64,000 bases of DNA from Auanema rhodensis (GCA_964057225.1 OZ059899.1:8122001-8186000), one strand, 5' to 3'; counted from the first letter of the stretch, positions 12,301-26,704 are shown. The notes: generated by a model not told the origin, from the letters alone. Translations and numbers: made by a program.

Positions 12301-15300
12301 TTTATTTATGACAATTGTCATTTAATTCATTATATTTTATATAAACATTTCATTTTATTCGTTTAAAGATCAGAATATTCGATAGTTCAATCCAGTAGAA
12401 CAAGCAAGATTACAAAGAAAAAATGAAAAAGGGGAGAAAGATCTTGAACCTTTAAAAGCTCATAGTCACGAGAGTATCAACAACAATGATTGGAAACCAT
12501 TACGAGAAGCAAAGAGCTTTATGAGGCTTAGTGGAATAAAAAGCTTTGATGAAGCTTGAATCTTTTTCTAATACTAAAAGACTTTTAACTGAAAATTAAC
12601 TCTCTTGACAGTAGACACATACAAAGTGGGAATTTTTCGTGAATTGAATGAAGAATAAATTAAAAACGATTCATCCCCTCATTAAAATGTTTTGTTTAAA
12701 AAATCATAAAAAAATGAATAAAACAAAGATTATTTTTAATAAAATCAAAACAAAAATCCGATAAAAATTTAAAGAAAATTATAGAAAATATTTAGAACTC
12801 ACTTGTCTAGCTCATCTCCATTATTTGATACCAATTTCTTCTCACTGCCCACTTGACTGAAATAAGATTAACTTTAATATAATATGATTAAAATAAATAT
12901 TTAAAATTTATTTTTATAAATGTCAAATAAAATTTTTTCTCGAGCCCCTTATTGAAAATTCTGGATAATAATATAACTAATATCATCATTATATCCTTAG
13001 TCAGATCATGAGACCTGTCATCGGATACTCTTGGATGTATACCTAAATTGAGTGAAGCCCCAAAACGAAAATGCTGAAAGTTAGATGAATGGCTATGCTT
13101 TAGAACGAGCATGCTATTTCAGAATAAGATGCATAAAAAGTTCAAAATTGAAAAAAAAAAGAAAAGAAAAGAAAAAGTAAGATAAAGTGAAACTTAAACA
13201 GAAGGATAAGATGTGAAATATTTGTTTTGTAATTTCAAGACATATGTAGAACGTTGAAAATCTCAGGGTTTGAGATATGCTTCAGGTTATTACACACATT
13301 TGTTTTAATAAATTAGCAATTATTATTCTTAGTTAAAGCTTATTCACATGATATTGCATTGAAAGGTTTTAATTTTTCTTAGTCAATAGACTTATTGCTT
13401 TGGTTACACATACATATATCATATAAACAGTTTTAGATATGATATTAGTCTGTTGATTGGAAATGGAAAAAAAGAGAAGTGGAAAACCATCCATATTCAT
13501 AACTCATCTTCCGGAGAAACAAGGCATATTTCTGCTGACCATCTGTTCTGGATAGCTCCTCCATCTCTTTTGGTTCCGGCTGATTTCCATTTTGGACCCC
13601 CTAGCCCTTTATTGTGAGTCAACTAACTTTCATCTCCGGGATATCCTTCTTGAAAGTTTAGGCAGACGAGAGATAGAGAATGGGAATGCGACATATTTGA
13701 TAGAGACATGGTGTAGAATTTGGATATAGTAGGGCTGCAGGATATGTATAAATCAAAAGACAAAAAAAATAATGGAAATATCATCAGAACAGAATAAGAA
13801 GATGTTATAACTACAGCAGATATCCAAAAAGACATCGTCATGGTAACAACGAGCTCATTTTTCTGTTTAAATACCATGACCAATCTTATATCATTTAGAA
13901 TGAACTTTTTGATTCTTAAAAGAAAAAAAACAAATTTGAAGAGCAAAAAGTATTTTTAGATACATTTGTTTATTCAAAAAATATATAACTAATAAGGAAA
14001 TCAATTTTTTCTCCTTTTTTTTTCTAAAAAAAAAACGTCAATTTGATTTGAAATTTGTCTTCTCAAACACATGGGAAGTTTTTTCAATTTTTTTGCAGAA
14101 CGGAAAGGTTTTAAAGAACACAAAGAAAAGGTTCTTGGGAAATATTGTCTGATATCTTTGTCATTCTCTCAAGTCACCAATCATATTTACAAAGATACAT
14201 GAATATTCTTTGCATGACGAACATGATGCAGATTTCAATATATTTTTCGATGAAACATATACCTTCTTTTAGGTTTTTTAGAAAAAATAAATTATATTTA
14301 GGTGGTTGAGGTTAAATTTTTTTTGCGATTTCATCTGCTTTTTAAAAACGGCGAACAGAAATCTTCAAGTGAAATAAATAATATCAAAGAGGAAAGCATA
14401 GAAAACGGACGAAAGAGAGAGATGGGAATCAAAGAATCAAAAAAAGAAGAGAAAATCTAAGAATAGGACACGACGGTTCCATTGAAATGTTATAAGATTT
14501 CATCGGAATAACGTGAAAATGTATGTGAATGTTGGAGATGATTAAGAAACAGCCTCAGGGAGCCAAATGGATTTCAAGCTGACTCATTACTTCGACATCA
14601 TCTTCAAGATGGCAGCAACAATTTCACTTCTATTTGACCGATATGAAGCATTTTGCCTCGTCTTCATTTGAATTTTATCCCTCAAATGAAAGATATTGCA
14701 TAAGGGAAATATCAAAATTGTGAAAAAAAATGTAATATTTTCCTTGTTATTGATTGAAATTTGATCGAATTTCAGTGAGGTAACGCAGCAAGGACAACCA
14801 GTTCACAGATTAATTATTTTTGGAAAAGACAATGGGATGAATAGATATTGCAGGTGAGAAGGGAAGATGCAACACAAGTTTACGATGATGATACTCAGTA
14901 TTGAAATTGCCATTATAAGAAAAAGTGCGATAAGCTCTGGAACTATTGCATAATCTGGACCGATAACATGTTCAAAACCAGAAAAGCAAATGCGATTTTG
15001 ATTTCATGATAATCACTAAAGGCGTGATGATAAACTCTGAAACATATAAGGTTCATGTCATTTTTAGAAAAAAGTGTAGCACAGATTAAGAATAGAATGA
15101 AATAATTCCTTTTTATAGAATTAATGATAAGAACAATCATCTAATTGATTTTTAGAGATTAATCCGGGTGAATGATGATTCGAACAAAGACTAAAAATGA
15201 GTTAAGCACTGAGAAAAAAATGTAGATGGTTATAATAGGAATAAAAAAAATCATTATAAATATACATATGTATGTATATAAATATATAGACTAATTAATC

Positions 15301-15442
15301 TATTAAACTGGTATAAGAAATATATACATATGTGCATGTCAATTTGTTTTCGTTTTCTAATTGAACAAGCACAAATACTAAGGAACAATTTGTTAAAAAG
15401 ACTAATTGCAAGACAATATATTAAACTACATATAATAAATAA

Positions 15443-15487
<45 letters not shown>

Positions 15488-16118
15488 TGTTTACTATGCA
15501 ATTGAAAAGTAAAAGTATAATGATTATGTTTCGTATTTGAGAGGAAAAAATGAAACTTTAAAATCAGAAACAAAGGGAAGGTTTAGTTCCTTGCGATGAC
15601 TGTGGTGAACGATAGTTTACCTTATTCATCGAAGAATAAGAACAAGATCTCATGAATTTGAATAAAGCTCAAATTCTCGAACATGGATTGAAGAATAACA
15701 ACAGAGTTAAAAAAAGTAAAATAGCTATTAAAGTTTTTACCAAAAAAAACGAAAAATGCTACTTCAAATGACTCATTGTGAACATATTTGATTCTCTATG
15801 CAAAAATTCAAGAACATAGGAGAATATGTAGAAAAGGGAAAAGAATAAGTATACAACCATTCATCTTCGTTTATTTTATTTAAAATATTTGTTGTTTGTT
15901 TGTTGCATACGTGAACAACAACGAAACACTTGGAGTTGAAGTCACGTGGCTTCATTAGCATATGCATAGTGAAAATAAATCAAACGAAACGGAAATTTGC
16001 ATAAATTTACGTGGAAATCGGAATAGAAAGCAATTTAACAATTACAAAAAAATATTAAGAGTACCTACCTCTGACCCTGCCCCATCAAGTTTGTGCAGTC
16101 GCAGTTGAAAATTTTCAT
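9321..16118 (-). CDS. rgs-2: Regulator of G-protein signalling, RZ subfamily (C. elegans RGS-1/RGS-2, human RGS17/19/20-like), 172 aa (161 aa from the second ATG), 6 coding exons
   Basis: Exons (minus) 16118-16069, 12856-12803, 11354-11293, 11074-10956, 10022-9853 and 9384-9321 are in frame (519 nt). The RGS box reads WSQSFDNLM..GQKYFAEFLKGEYSDENILFWQACEELKREKNAEKIEEKARIIYEDFISILSPKEVSLDSRVREIV..RPSASTFDEAQNQIFTLMQRDSYPRFLAS. The RGS call is firm; rgs-2 versus its close paralogue rgs-1 is from memory of the sequences, and the first coding exon is less certain. Confidence 0.88.
15446..15484. repeat. (AT)n microsatellite in an RGS intron
   Basis: Uninterrupted TA run. Confidence 0.9.
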
Positions 16119-16640
16119 TAGCAGAGATCGGAAGAACTCTCGTAGGGAGACTATGGTCGGCGGCTTTTGGGGGATACAGTCAGCACAAGCAACAAGTTAG
16201 GAATATGACTTTTAAAAGTCTTTAGAAGGAATATATAGAAATGGCCGTAGTGTGAATAACAGCACGTAGATACTCGAGCTGAGACTAGAATAAGCTAGAA
16301 GACGATATATGTATTCCTGTCGTCCGTCGTCGGTTGTCGTAGCAGTAAGCAGTGTTACGTGAATAGAGCCGCTTTATACACTGTTTTCGAATCAGACTGA
16401 ATAGCTATCGGTCGAAAGATGGCAAGATGAGCAAAAAGAAAACGAAATGATCTAGCTGACGACGAAATTCTGGATTCTGCTGGCAGCAACACGCACTATG
16501 TAGGGGAGAAAATACGAGTTGAGGCAGGATACACACGGAGCAGCGGGAGCAGTAGCAGGAGCAGCACACTTGACGACGTCGGCCAAAAGTCTGACGTCGA
16601 CTTGCACAAGGAGCAGCACTGATGCACTACGGAGGAATAC
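16119..16640 (-). other. Probable long 5' UTR portion of the first coding exon of the RGS gene
   Basis: An acceptor TTCTTATAG| lies at 16641. The following 522 nt are relatively GC-rich and contain no ATG on the minus strand before the ATG at 16118. Confidence 0.55.
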
Positions 16641-18469
16641 CTATAAGAAAAGGACAGGAATATGAATGTTAGATAAGATTCGACGATATGAAGTACGATA
16701 CGGGTTATAAACTAAAAAAAAAGAAAGATAAAACTGATATGCTTATATATGATAATACATAGAAACATATAAGAAAAGTGAATGCAATACACATAATGAC
16801 ACGAAATTGCAAAAGGAAACTTATGAGAATGTGGAAGGCGAATGTTTTAAATTAGCAGGAAGTAAAGAAAGAAATATTGAATACAAAACAGATAAAAACA
16901 GGAGAAATGACTGTAAATCTTGATCGCATATTAGACAACAAACGACAGAAGAAAAAATATAATAATATTCAAAAATGGACAATTTATTTACATATAGATT
17001 ATTATTAGATAAAAAGTATATGAAAAAACGACATTTAATATAATTCTTACTGATGAAAAAACAGAGGAAAAGCAGAAAAATATATGAAAAAAAAGGAAAA
17101 AGAGATGATAATAAGCATAATATGACATGATCAGGCAACAGAAGAGAACGAAATGAAAAAAAAGAGATGAAGAGAGGGAATGAGAGAGGACGAATGAAAA
17201 AGAGAGAGAGAGAGAGAATAGAGATAGATAGGCATGTTGATGAAGAGAGGTAGAGAACGATAGAGAGGGATAAAGGGTAGAGAAAGAGATAAAGAGAGTT
17301 CTCATAAGAAAAAAATGATTTGATTTTTGAACAATGATTAGGAGCAATAGTCTATTTGAGGAGGAAAAAGAGAAAGTGAAGCAATAAGAAAAAATGGAAA
17401 GCAGAGAAAAGGAAAACGAGGGTAGAAAGCAGAAAGAAAGTGATAAGATCTAATTAGTTGGAAGAAGCTTCAAGTACAAGTGTTAGTTAAGTACATAGTA
17501 AAACTAGTTGGAATTGAGTCGATTGGAGGCTCCAGTTGGCATCTGGAGGCGTCAAAAAGTGAACTGGTTTCATAAGATGAGGATTACTTACAGAATGAGC
17601 GAGAAGTAATATCTTCTTGGAAAAGACAATCAAAAAAGAAAAGAAGAAAAATAGCTGAGACAATAGGAGGCAAATTGAAAAAACGGCAAGAACGAGGGGG
17701 GATGAAGGAATTGCTGATAAGATTCACAGATTTTCACAATGAATGAAATGCGATCGTAAGCTTCGAGTAAAACGAACGATACGACATAGGGCTAGAGGTT
17801 TACAAGAAACAGATATATTCTGTGAAGCTTATAGATTGTCCGAAAAGAAATACGAGAAATAGACAAAATAATTAAGCTAGAAACTGAAAATTCAATAAAG
17901 AAGATCAAGCCTATTGAGACAACGACGTCGACATGACGGACACGACAGTCGTTCAGAAGCACCATCTGAAGAAGCTTATAATATAAACTAAGGCATATAT
18001 AAGATATAACTAACTATAACATATAATGAATAAATAAAATAATTAAAAATAGAATATATTTTGAATTAATAGCGATTAGTAAAGGAGTTAGAAGTAAAAC
18101 TAGTAAAGGTATTGAGTAAAAGGCTAAAAGACAATTGGCTGAAAACGAAGTTGCTGTGCTGTCGTTGACGAACCGACAGCCTAAGGTCCACACATGAATC
18201 GGGTTGTCAGGCGGTCGACATACTACTCTCTACTACACATCTCCACAACTATGCAAACCACATTGGCAGAACTATATTATGGGGTAAATATGATAGGTGT
18301 AGCATCGACATGTACAGCTTAACAAGACTTGGAAAGAGAAGAGTTCAAAAAATGAAATTGAAAGAGATAATGAGCTTTGGAGCATAAGCTTATCAGTTAA
18401 AAGCTTATGAAAACGTATTCCACACGTAGCCATCGAGAATATGAGTATTATGCGTATAATGAATGAATA

Positions 18470-19790
18470 AGCTCAGCTACCAATAGGGTAGAAGCATGTG
18501 AATGTAGGTGTACGTGAGTGTACGTGTGAGTGTGTATGTGAGTGTGTCTGGGTCTGTGTGTTGGTCGGGCGAGCGACGGCCAGCAGCGCAGCAGCAGCCA
18601 GCAGGCAGAACACGAAGGGAAAGAGAAAGAGAGGGATAGCGAGAAAAAGTGAAATAAAAAGAATATGAGAGAGAGAGGGAGAAGGAGAGAGGGAGAGAAA
18701 AGCTAGACGGTGAAAGAGCTGGAGGTAAAGAGAATGAGGACCGCCGCTTGGGCCAGCCAACTGGGTCCGATGAGAACGACACAGACAACGATGAGGAGGG
18801 GGGGGGGGTTGGCGAAAGATTCGAAGGAAGAAAGCTTGAGTACAGTTGAAGAACTAGAGAGGGAGGGAGAGAAATACGAAAAAGAGTGAAGTTGTAGAAA
18901 GAGGAGCAGATTGAGGGAAAATGAGCTAGATAACGCGGTTTAGTGCATTTGGAATAGTAGACATGGAAAAGAGTCTGAGAAAAAAGAAATATTGAAGGAA
19001 ATATAGAGAGAGAAAGGGTATACATGAGACAAGATAGAAAATAAAAGGTGGGAGAGTGAGAGAGAGAAAGATGGAGAGAGAGATACTCTGAGCATAACTA
19101 TGTATGTAGGAATATATATAAGCATATAGGAGAGGAACAGAGAAGCCGAAGCGGCTTGCCAATAGCGGATCATCTGACTTGGAGAGCGCTGGGTAGTCGC
19201 ATAAGGAGGGAGAGAAAGCTGAAACATAGCCTGAGGGCAAGAGAAGGGGGGATTGAAAAGAAAAGAAAGATGAAGAGGTAGAGGGAAACAGATGTGAGCA
19301 GAGCGAGATATCATAGCTGGTAATAGTGTGTGAAGTAGTCCGCTAGACTCAATGGGAAAAACGGAGAGATAATATAGCTGAACACAACAAGGGAGAGACG
19401 AAAAGGGAAAAAGCAGGGTGAGAGAGAGAGGAAAATAAGAGAGTACATCGAGTGACAGAGAGAGTCTAAGAGATCTGAGAGAGAGTAGACTATGGGTCTA
19501 TGTGGTTGTGTATGTATGTGTATGTGTGTGTGTATGTGTGTGTGTGTGTGTTTGCGTGCAGGCAATCAATATGAAAGAGAAGAGGGGAGAAGGAAGGCTG
19601 GACAGAGAGGACGGAAGAAGGCAGAAGCAGGCAGAAGGGTAACTGGCAAAGGTCCCAATCGTCTGACTAGCCCTCAACTCCGGATGCCTGTCCTTCACGT
19701 CTCGCGACTCTCTCCCTTATACCTCTCTCCTTACTTTTCCCTTTTCTCTTTTGTTCCTCCTTCTTTCTTGTGTGCTAGTTCATCTACTCA
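18470..19790 (-). promoter_or_regulatory. Probable promoter / upstream non-coding exon region of the RGS gene
   Basis: GC-rich cores (18550-18610, 18735-18810, 19620-19710) sit within dense GA and TG repeats 2-3.5 kb upstream of the coding exon, with no coherent coding signal. Inferred from composition only. Confidence 0.4.
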
Positions 19791-22700
19791 TTTGCTTCGA
19801 GACTGCAATATTTCTGGCCATCGTCATAGTCATTACCGTTGTGCTCGATGTCATTATCAGCATGGTTGTTACAAAACCTTATTCAGAAACACAGCAGATC
19901 AGAACCCAAGGTGCCACGGCCACTTAATTTTGCAGAGGACGATCATGTTCAAGTATCAATGTAATCTCAAGAAATGGATAGATGCATTTAAATCCAAATT
20001 AAAGTCTTAAAATTGTCATTTTCATTGGTGAAAAAGAAAAGGATTATACGGTGCTCATTGTGAGCGTTTGCCTTTCAGAGCTAAATAGGGTCAAGAAGAG
20101 AATTGTAAGAATACAAAATGAGGTAAAACGTGATGTATAAAAAACATAAAAAAACTGTGACTTTTGAGGTTACGTGAAAATTTTGTAAATAGTGACAGCA
20201 GAAAAGCTTGAACTGAGGGCGTCACAACAATGATTCGTCGTTGTCATCGTCTATCTCAGTAATGGTATGATGATGAGGCAACATCGACCTTCACAATCCT
20301 TACTAGAAAACTGTTGGCGCCAAACTATATAATTCAAATGAAACACGTGAATTGTTACGCAAAATGATGAATTGAATGAAAAACGAAACGAAACGAAACA
20401 CGGGATCCGATGACGATAAACAGAAAAACCTCGGACAGACAGAGCACACAGACAGACATATTGACGATGATGATGAAGGTAGTAAGCCTTCTCCTTCTAA
20501 GAATCTAAGATGATGGATTTACTTCTCTCCTTTTCTCTTTCGAAAATTTAGTTTCGCTTCGTTCGAAGAGACACTTGCAAAGCTGAGAAACTAAAGCAGA
20601 AAGTAAGAGAGGGACAGAGATGATGATACAGAGGGATAGCTAGAGAGCAAAAAAAGAGAGAAGAGCTTGGAAGAGAGAGATTGGAAGAGAGAAACAGAGA
20701 GAGAGGGGGGGGGGGAGACAGCCAGATAAGAAAAAAGACTAAGAGAAAAACAGTTTCTTTTTTAGCCAACTTTGCTATCCTAATAGAACCTTTTTCTCAC
20801 TCAATTTCAAATAAAATTCAATTGGTTGTGAAGGTTTTCTCACCATCAAAGGACAAACAAACACAGTTGAACAGTCATTGAGTTGAGACACTCTTTCACT
20901 ATTTCTCTTCTATCGCACTCAATATCGTTCACTCTCTATATTACTTAATCTTTTTCTCTATTCCCTCTTTTATTCTCTTTCTTGTATTTCTATCTTATTT
21001 TCTCTATTGGGTCTGTGTTGTCAAATAGTTATAAAGATGTTCTCTATGATCTGTGTCCTTAGATGGAAACATTTCCATTGAATTATATTTTTAAAAAAGA
21101 GGAGAAAGAGAGTAAGAGAAGCGAAAAAATTGGAGAGAATGAGGGAAAAGCTTTTTCTAAGCTGGCACATTCCCACGTAGTTCTACTCATATTTGGATTT
21201 TGTAATCGGCGATTCAGAGGTTGAATAAAGACGAATAATAGATAAAAAGAGTATAGATAGAGAGGGAAAGCTTAATAATGAAAGAGAATTAGATTGTTAG
21301 AGAAACAAGAGAACGAAAGTCAAGGAAATTCAAAATTTGGTATTACCACTAATGTTAGGGATCCTGAAATATAATCATAAGAACTGAAATAGAGAGAGAG
21401 GGGAATATTGAGCAAGAAAGAGAGAGGAAGAGGGAAAAACAGAGAGAAAGAGGGAAAATGAAAGATCGGAGAGGGAAGGAAATAGGGTGGCTAGATGAGG
21501 GAAGGCGAAAGAGATCACGTGACAAGAAAGGGAACTCGAGTTCTCAAAGAACATGCTACTCTCGCCTTGCCCATCAACTATCAGCATCAGGTCCACTAGG
21601 AATTAGAAAAATTATTTTCTTTATTTTAAGAAAAAAGGAAATTTTACTTTTCATATAGTTATATTGTGAATGTAATATTATAATATAACATGAACTTATG
21701 TTTAGATGCATATTTGAATTATGTGACATGTAGAAAATTTAAAAGGTACAAGTCAGAAACATAGACAATGAGAAAGAGGCTATGAGAGAGAGAGGGAGAA
21801 ATCAGGAGAAAGAGAGAGAAAGACTACGAGAGAAATAGATAGAGAGAGAGAGAAAGAATGAAAGAGGAGGAGGAAAGGAGAGACAGGGAAAGAATTATGA
21901 GGACCCTACAGGAGTAAAAGACAAAAGAAAAGAGGATATAAAGTAAGAAGCAATAGAAATATCGATGACAGCTATTGCGGGCTGATTCTCAAGCATCTAT
22001 AGCAGGAGGACCTTTGAAGTTCTTTCGAGGTGTTGGAAGCTAAAAATCAAAAGACCAGCTAGGATATCGAGAACAACACAATAAGAAGACAGGAAAGAAA
22101 AGAAAAAGATTGAAAGAAAGACAATGTAGACAAAAAGCGAAAGTGGGTGCGAAGAAGAGGCCGAGAGACAAAAAACTCAGTGGGAATAGGTTAGATTTTC
22201 TCATTTTACCTTTTTCAATATGACTTTTAATTTTCTGAAACTTATAATCTAAATTAAAGTAAAATGTTAAAATAAGTTGTTTTCAGTAAATAATAGCAAG
22301 TATAGTTACTATATGTTCGTTTCAATATCATTTGTAAAAAGCATCATAGATCAATACTTCTGTATTATAATCAGAAAAATACCTTTTTTTCCGATCAAAA
22401 GTACTTGAAATATTGAGAGAAAAGGCGGTGAAAGAGTAAAACAGAGATCGAGAATTAGGGAGAGATAGAGATAGAGAAAGAGAGAGAAAGAGAGATAGAG
22501 AGAGAAGTAGAGGTTGACGAACATAATTGAAAAGAGAGGGAAAAAGACAAACCGTAACAACCGTTCCAACCATTGCTCATAGTTAAAAATAAAAAATATA
22601 AAGAGTAAATGAAATTTATCATATATGAATAAACTATATTTTACTTTTGAATTGAAATATATGAGAATTATAGAATATTTTTGTGAAATAGACATACAAG

Positions 22701-25700
22701 TTTCTGCTGAAAAAAACAAAATTTACGTACTAATCATTTGAATTGTATTTTTCTACCAAAAACGAATGAAAAGAGAAGTTAATGAAGAAGACACAAAGAC
22801 AAAAAAATCTGTTTATAGTTTAAGATTGGAACTGAGGCAGTCATACTGCTACTGCTTCTCCATACTCTGCTGAAAGATGAAGAAGAGCAGGCAGGAACAG
22901 GCACTACGGAATAAGGTTAATGTTTTCGGACTCGTGCTCCAATTGGAGACAACTTATTCGCACAAATTAGAGGTAGATCTAAGGACATCTTATCTAGGAA
23001 CACCATCATCCCCAGGAGAACTACAACGAAATTGTATGAGAATCCTATTGGCATAGAAGGTAGACAAGACTTCACGAGTTTATTCGAAAAACAAATCAAA
23101 TTTATCTAATCAATTCAATGAAAATCTAAAATAGATATAGCTGTAAAAGAGAAATCAGAAAGGAAAGACGGCAAAGAAGGGACAGGAAGAGCAGCCGGTT
23201 CCGGCATACTGCTTTATGGTCTTCCCCCTTCTCTCCCCTCCCTGCTTGTTCCTTTTTTTTCCCCTCTTATTTCAGCTTTCTATCTATACTCTCTTTCTCT
23301 TTCTCTATTATTCTCTTCATTTCGCTAGTTCTCTCAGCCTTCCTGTCTTATTCCTATTTCTGGTTCATGACGGCTAAGAATGGAGCACACGATGGATGAT
23401 TCTGAAGACATCAGATGGTCCCAAGCATTCCCAATGACAAAACAGGACCTAAGCCAGGGGATAGAAATACTCAATGGCGAAGAGAACAAAGACAACTAAT
23501 TACCGCATCAAATGGCTGTTAATCATTCAAATAGTTAAGATATGACATTAATTTTTTTTCGTAAAAATAAGGAAATCACTATACGGAAAGCAGTCAGCCA
23601 AGCAGGCTTTCTCAACATAGAACTAAAACGGAAAATAATGTTAGTATGTTAATGATAAACGAGGAGCTACTTTGCTGACTTTAGAAATTTTGTTTGGCTC
23701 CAAGATGAAATTAAGAAGTATGAGGTCATCTATTGCACAAAAACGCTTCCGGCAAAAGATCGATTATAAAGATAATAAATTCTTTTGAACGTTGTTTTCA
23801 TTGAAGTATTTTTCAATTTCAATACATATGTGCATGTATAAAAATGAAAAAAAAAAAAACTTCCTTCAAAAGAATCTTCAAAATCTGATTTATCTGTCAA
23901 CGATGTTCAATTGGCTGTCATTGCTACTATTCATGACCAATTACAGCTGCTATTGCAAGCCTAAGAGTAACCATAGCAAAATGTCTATTTCTCATTAAGG
24001 AGGTCGTAAAAGGCGATTCCATATAAGCCCCGCAAGCATGTCATCCAATTTTCTTGCTATGCATAGCGATTTCAGGTTGGAAAGATCAGCATGGTCTGTG
24101 TGTATGCTGGAATACCGAGCATCAGAAAAAAGAATCATCTGAAGCTATTTTGACATAAAAAAAAGGATTTTGCAAAGACAAAAGAAACGAAGAAGAGGGA
24201 GAGAGAGAGAGAAAAGGAAAAGGAGGAATAGAGAATAGTCATGCAGGAGAACGAGAGTATCGAGACACTCAAAGAGAAAATAGACCAAAAATTGAGAACG
24301 ATGTTGCAATAGATCGGAAAAGAAAGAATAGAAAAATAAGAATCAGCTGTTCTCATGCAATAGAATACAAATAGGGTGATACTACATACTTGTAAAATTT
24401 GTATAAAAGGAAGTAAAAAAACTTAGAAGAATGATAATTAGGGTGTCAAATCAACTATGAGGCATTAGTAGCAATTGGATGACAAAAAAAATGAATAATA
24501 AACGTTAAATTGATCAAATATGAGGAGAATCACAGTTGATTTGAATTATAATACAATCACAAGGGTTATGAGAAAAATTGATGTAAAAATTATGCAACAG
24601 CTGAGCAAATATAAACGAATTTGATGAAATGAATCAAAATTTTCATGATTTCTGAATTTTTTGAAAAAAAGAGCAAAACGACTAATTAATGTGCTAAACA
24701 ATAAAGAAAAGGAAAAAACATGAAAATTGCTTCATCTTTTGATCGTATCGGTTACATCTAATATAAAATTTGAAGAAAATAATTGAAAAAAAAAAGAAAA
24801 AGAAATTGGTTTTGTATTTCATTTCAAAAATTTAGTTATTATCAATGAGTTTTTTTAAAAATAATTTTATATAATAACTATTTCTTCTTTCTTTAAATAT
24901 TTGAACGAGCAATTTGACGAATAACAGAAAGATGAGCTTCTTAGAACCAAAAAAAATTGCAGAAAGCTCAATCCCATACATTCAGAATTCTATTAATCAA
25001 ACAGGAGAATCAGATGGATTTATTATCCTAATAAGGCGTGTCGTTCGTGTCTGTCTTCCTCTTTCTGATGCTTATTGATGAACATCAGTAGCAGTATATG
25101 TATGCACCATCTATGGACTACAACGACAACGATGGCACCAATGAGGATGACGAGAATGATGACGGCGTCGCAGCCGCCAAAGCGGTTGTTGATGAGAGTT
25201 GGATGGAAGATGATTAGAAGTAAAAGTGAAAGTATAAAAAGATATTTTGGTTATTTTTCGAATAATTGTGTTTCTTCTTGTATCAATACATTCATACATA
25301 TGATAGTATTAAACTACTTTAAATATATAAATTATAAGTTAAAAATCAAAATTATTTTGCAAATTTTGATTATATAGTATAATGAAATAAAAATTTCAAA
25401 TATCTTGCTCATCACACTTGCACACATATGTATGTATGTATGTATATTCATACAAATATAGTATATAGTATAGATATGCACATACATATCTTCGTTGTGT
25501 AATGAGTGCACGTTAAACTCTTGCATGACTTCAAACTATGAATCTTCCTTTCGTAATATCGGATTGCCATGAACGGTTGCTTCTCTTGTTAGTGACTTCT
25601 AATTCACATTCCATCTATCTTTCCCTCCTCTTTCTCCCTTCATTCTTTCTGTGTTTTTTCTCTCAAAACTTTCCCTCTTTACATCTTTTGTCCCTCACTC

Positions 25701-26634
25701 TTTAACATGTCAAGCATATAGCTTTGTGTTTGTTATTTTTATAACCAAAACCTTGACACAAGTTGATCAGGAAAAAATGCTCTGACGACCGGATAGAATG
25801 ATGGATTGTCTTAAGCAAAATACTAATGACATCACCGAGCACACAAAACCATTCAAATTGGGAACCATGTTACTCAGTGAAATCAAAAACTTTTTTATAT
25901 ACTACACTATATACATATAGTGGAGATATTTTGATGCTTAATACGAGTTTGCTGAGGTAAATCTAAACGATTATAGGATATTTAAGACATTATTCTGACA
26001 GGTAACCTTAGTCAACTCGCATCTTGTCTGCTCAAGCTATAGTTATGAAGCATATTTTATATCCTCAAAACAATTTTCAGGCACCTACGATCTTTAAATA
26101 AGAATTGATAATATAGCAAATATACGAATAGTTAAAAATGAATATGAAATAAATTGAAATATCAAGATATTTGGAATATTTTCAAAAGAATATCTGATTT
26201 CAAATGATTTCGATCTATATAAACTTTTTTTTACATTAAGATGCTTAATCTTTATAATTTATCAGCTTTTGTTTTTAATCTTTAAGAAGGATTGTCAAAA
26301 GAAATAGGTAAATGAAGGTAATTCAAATGAAGACATGAAAAGATAAAAAGAAAAAGAAGATTTTAATGGAAAAATGGACAATGGAGCAACATTGTGAGAG
26401 AAGAAAATGACGTTGTCTTTTAAATATTAATGCTACCAACAATCTGCTCTGATTAGAAAAAAATGAAAGAAAACGAACAAATGAGCTGGACACCAAATGA
26501 AGGAGAAGGTTGGATGGAAAAAAAGAAAAGAAGGAGAAAAGAGATGAACAAACGTGAGCAATCTGGTTAGAGAGTAAATGGGAAAATGTATACATATAAA
26601 AGTGTAGGTAAAGTAAAGAAAAAAGAACGAAAGT

Positions 26635-26645
26635 TAGAGAGAGAG

Positions 26646-26689
<44 letters not shown>

Positions 26690-26704
26690 GAAGAGAGAAA
26701 GAGA
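26635..26704. repeat. (AG)n microsatellite / purine tract
   Basis: Long AG run with a few interruptions. Confidence 0.9.

Noticed and set aside
13504-13590. Short minus-strand ORF (MEISRNQKRW...MPCFSGR*) in the RGS first coding intron as an alternative first exon
   Set aside because: It ends in a stop, and I found no phase-2 donor that would join it to the exon at 12856.
16821-22719. Many 60-180 aa ORFs rich in S/L/F (or R/E/K on the other strand), including the 182-aa and 172-aa ORFs
   Set aside because: These are translations of GA/CT/TG simple-sequence tracts that lack stops by composition. They have no domain signal and no consistent splice partners.
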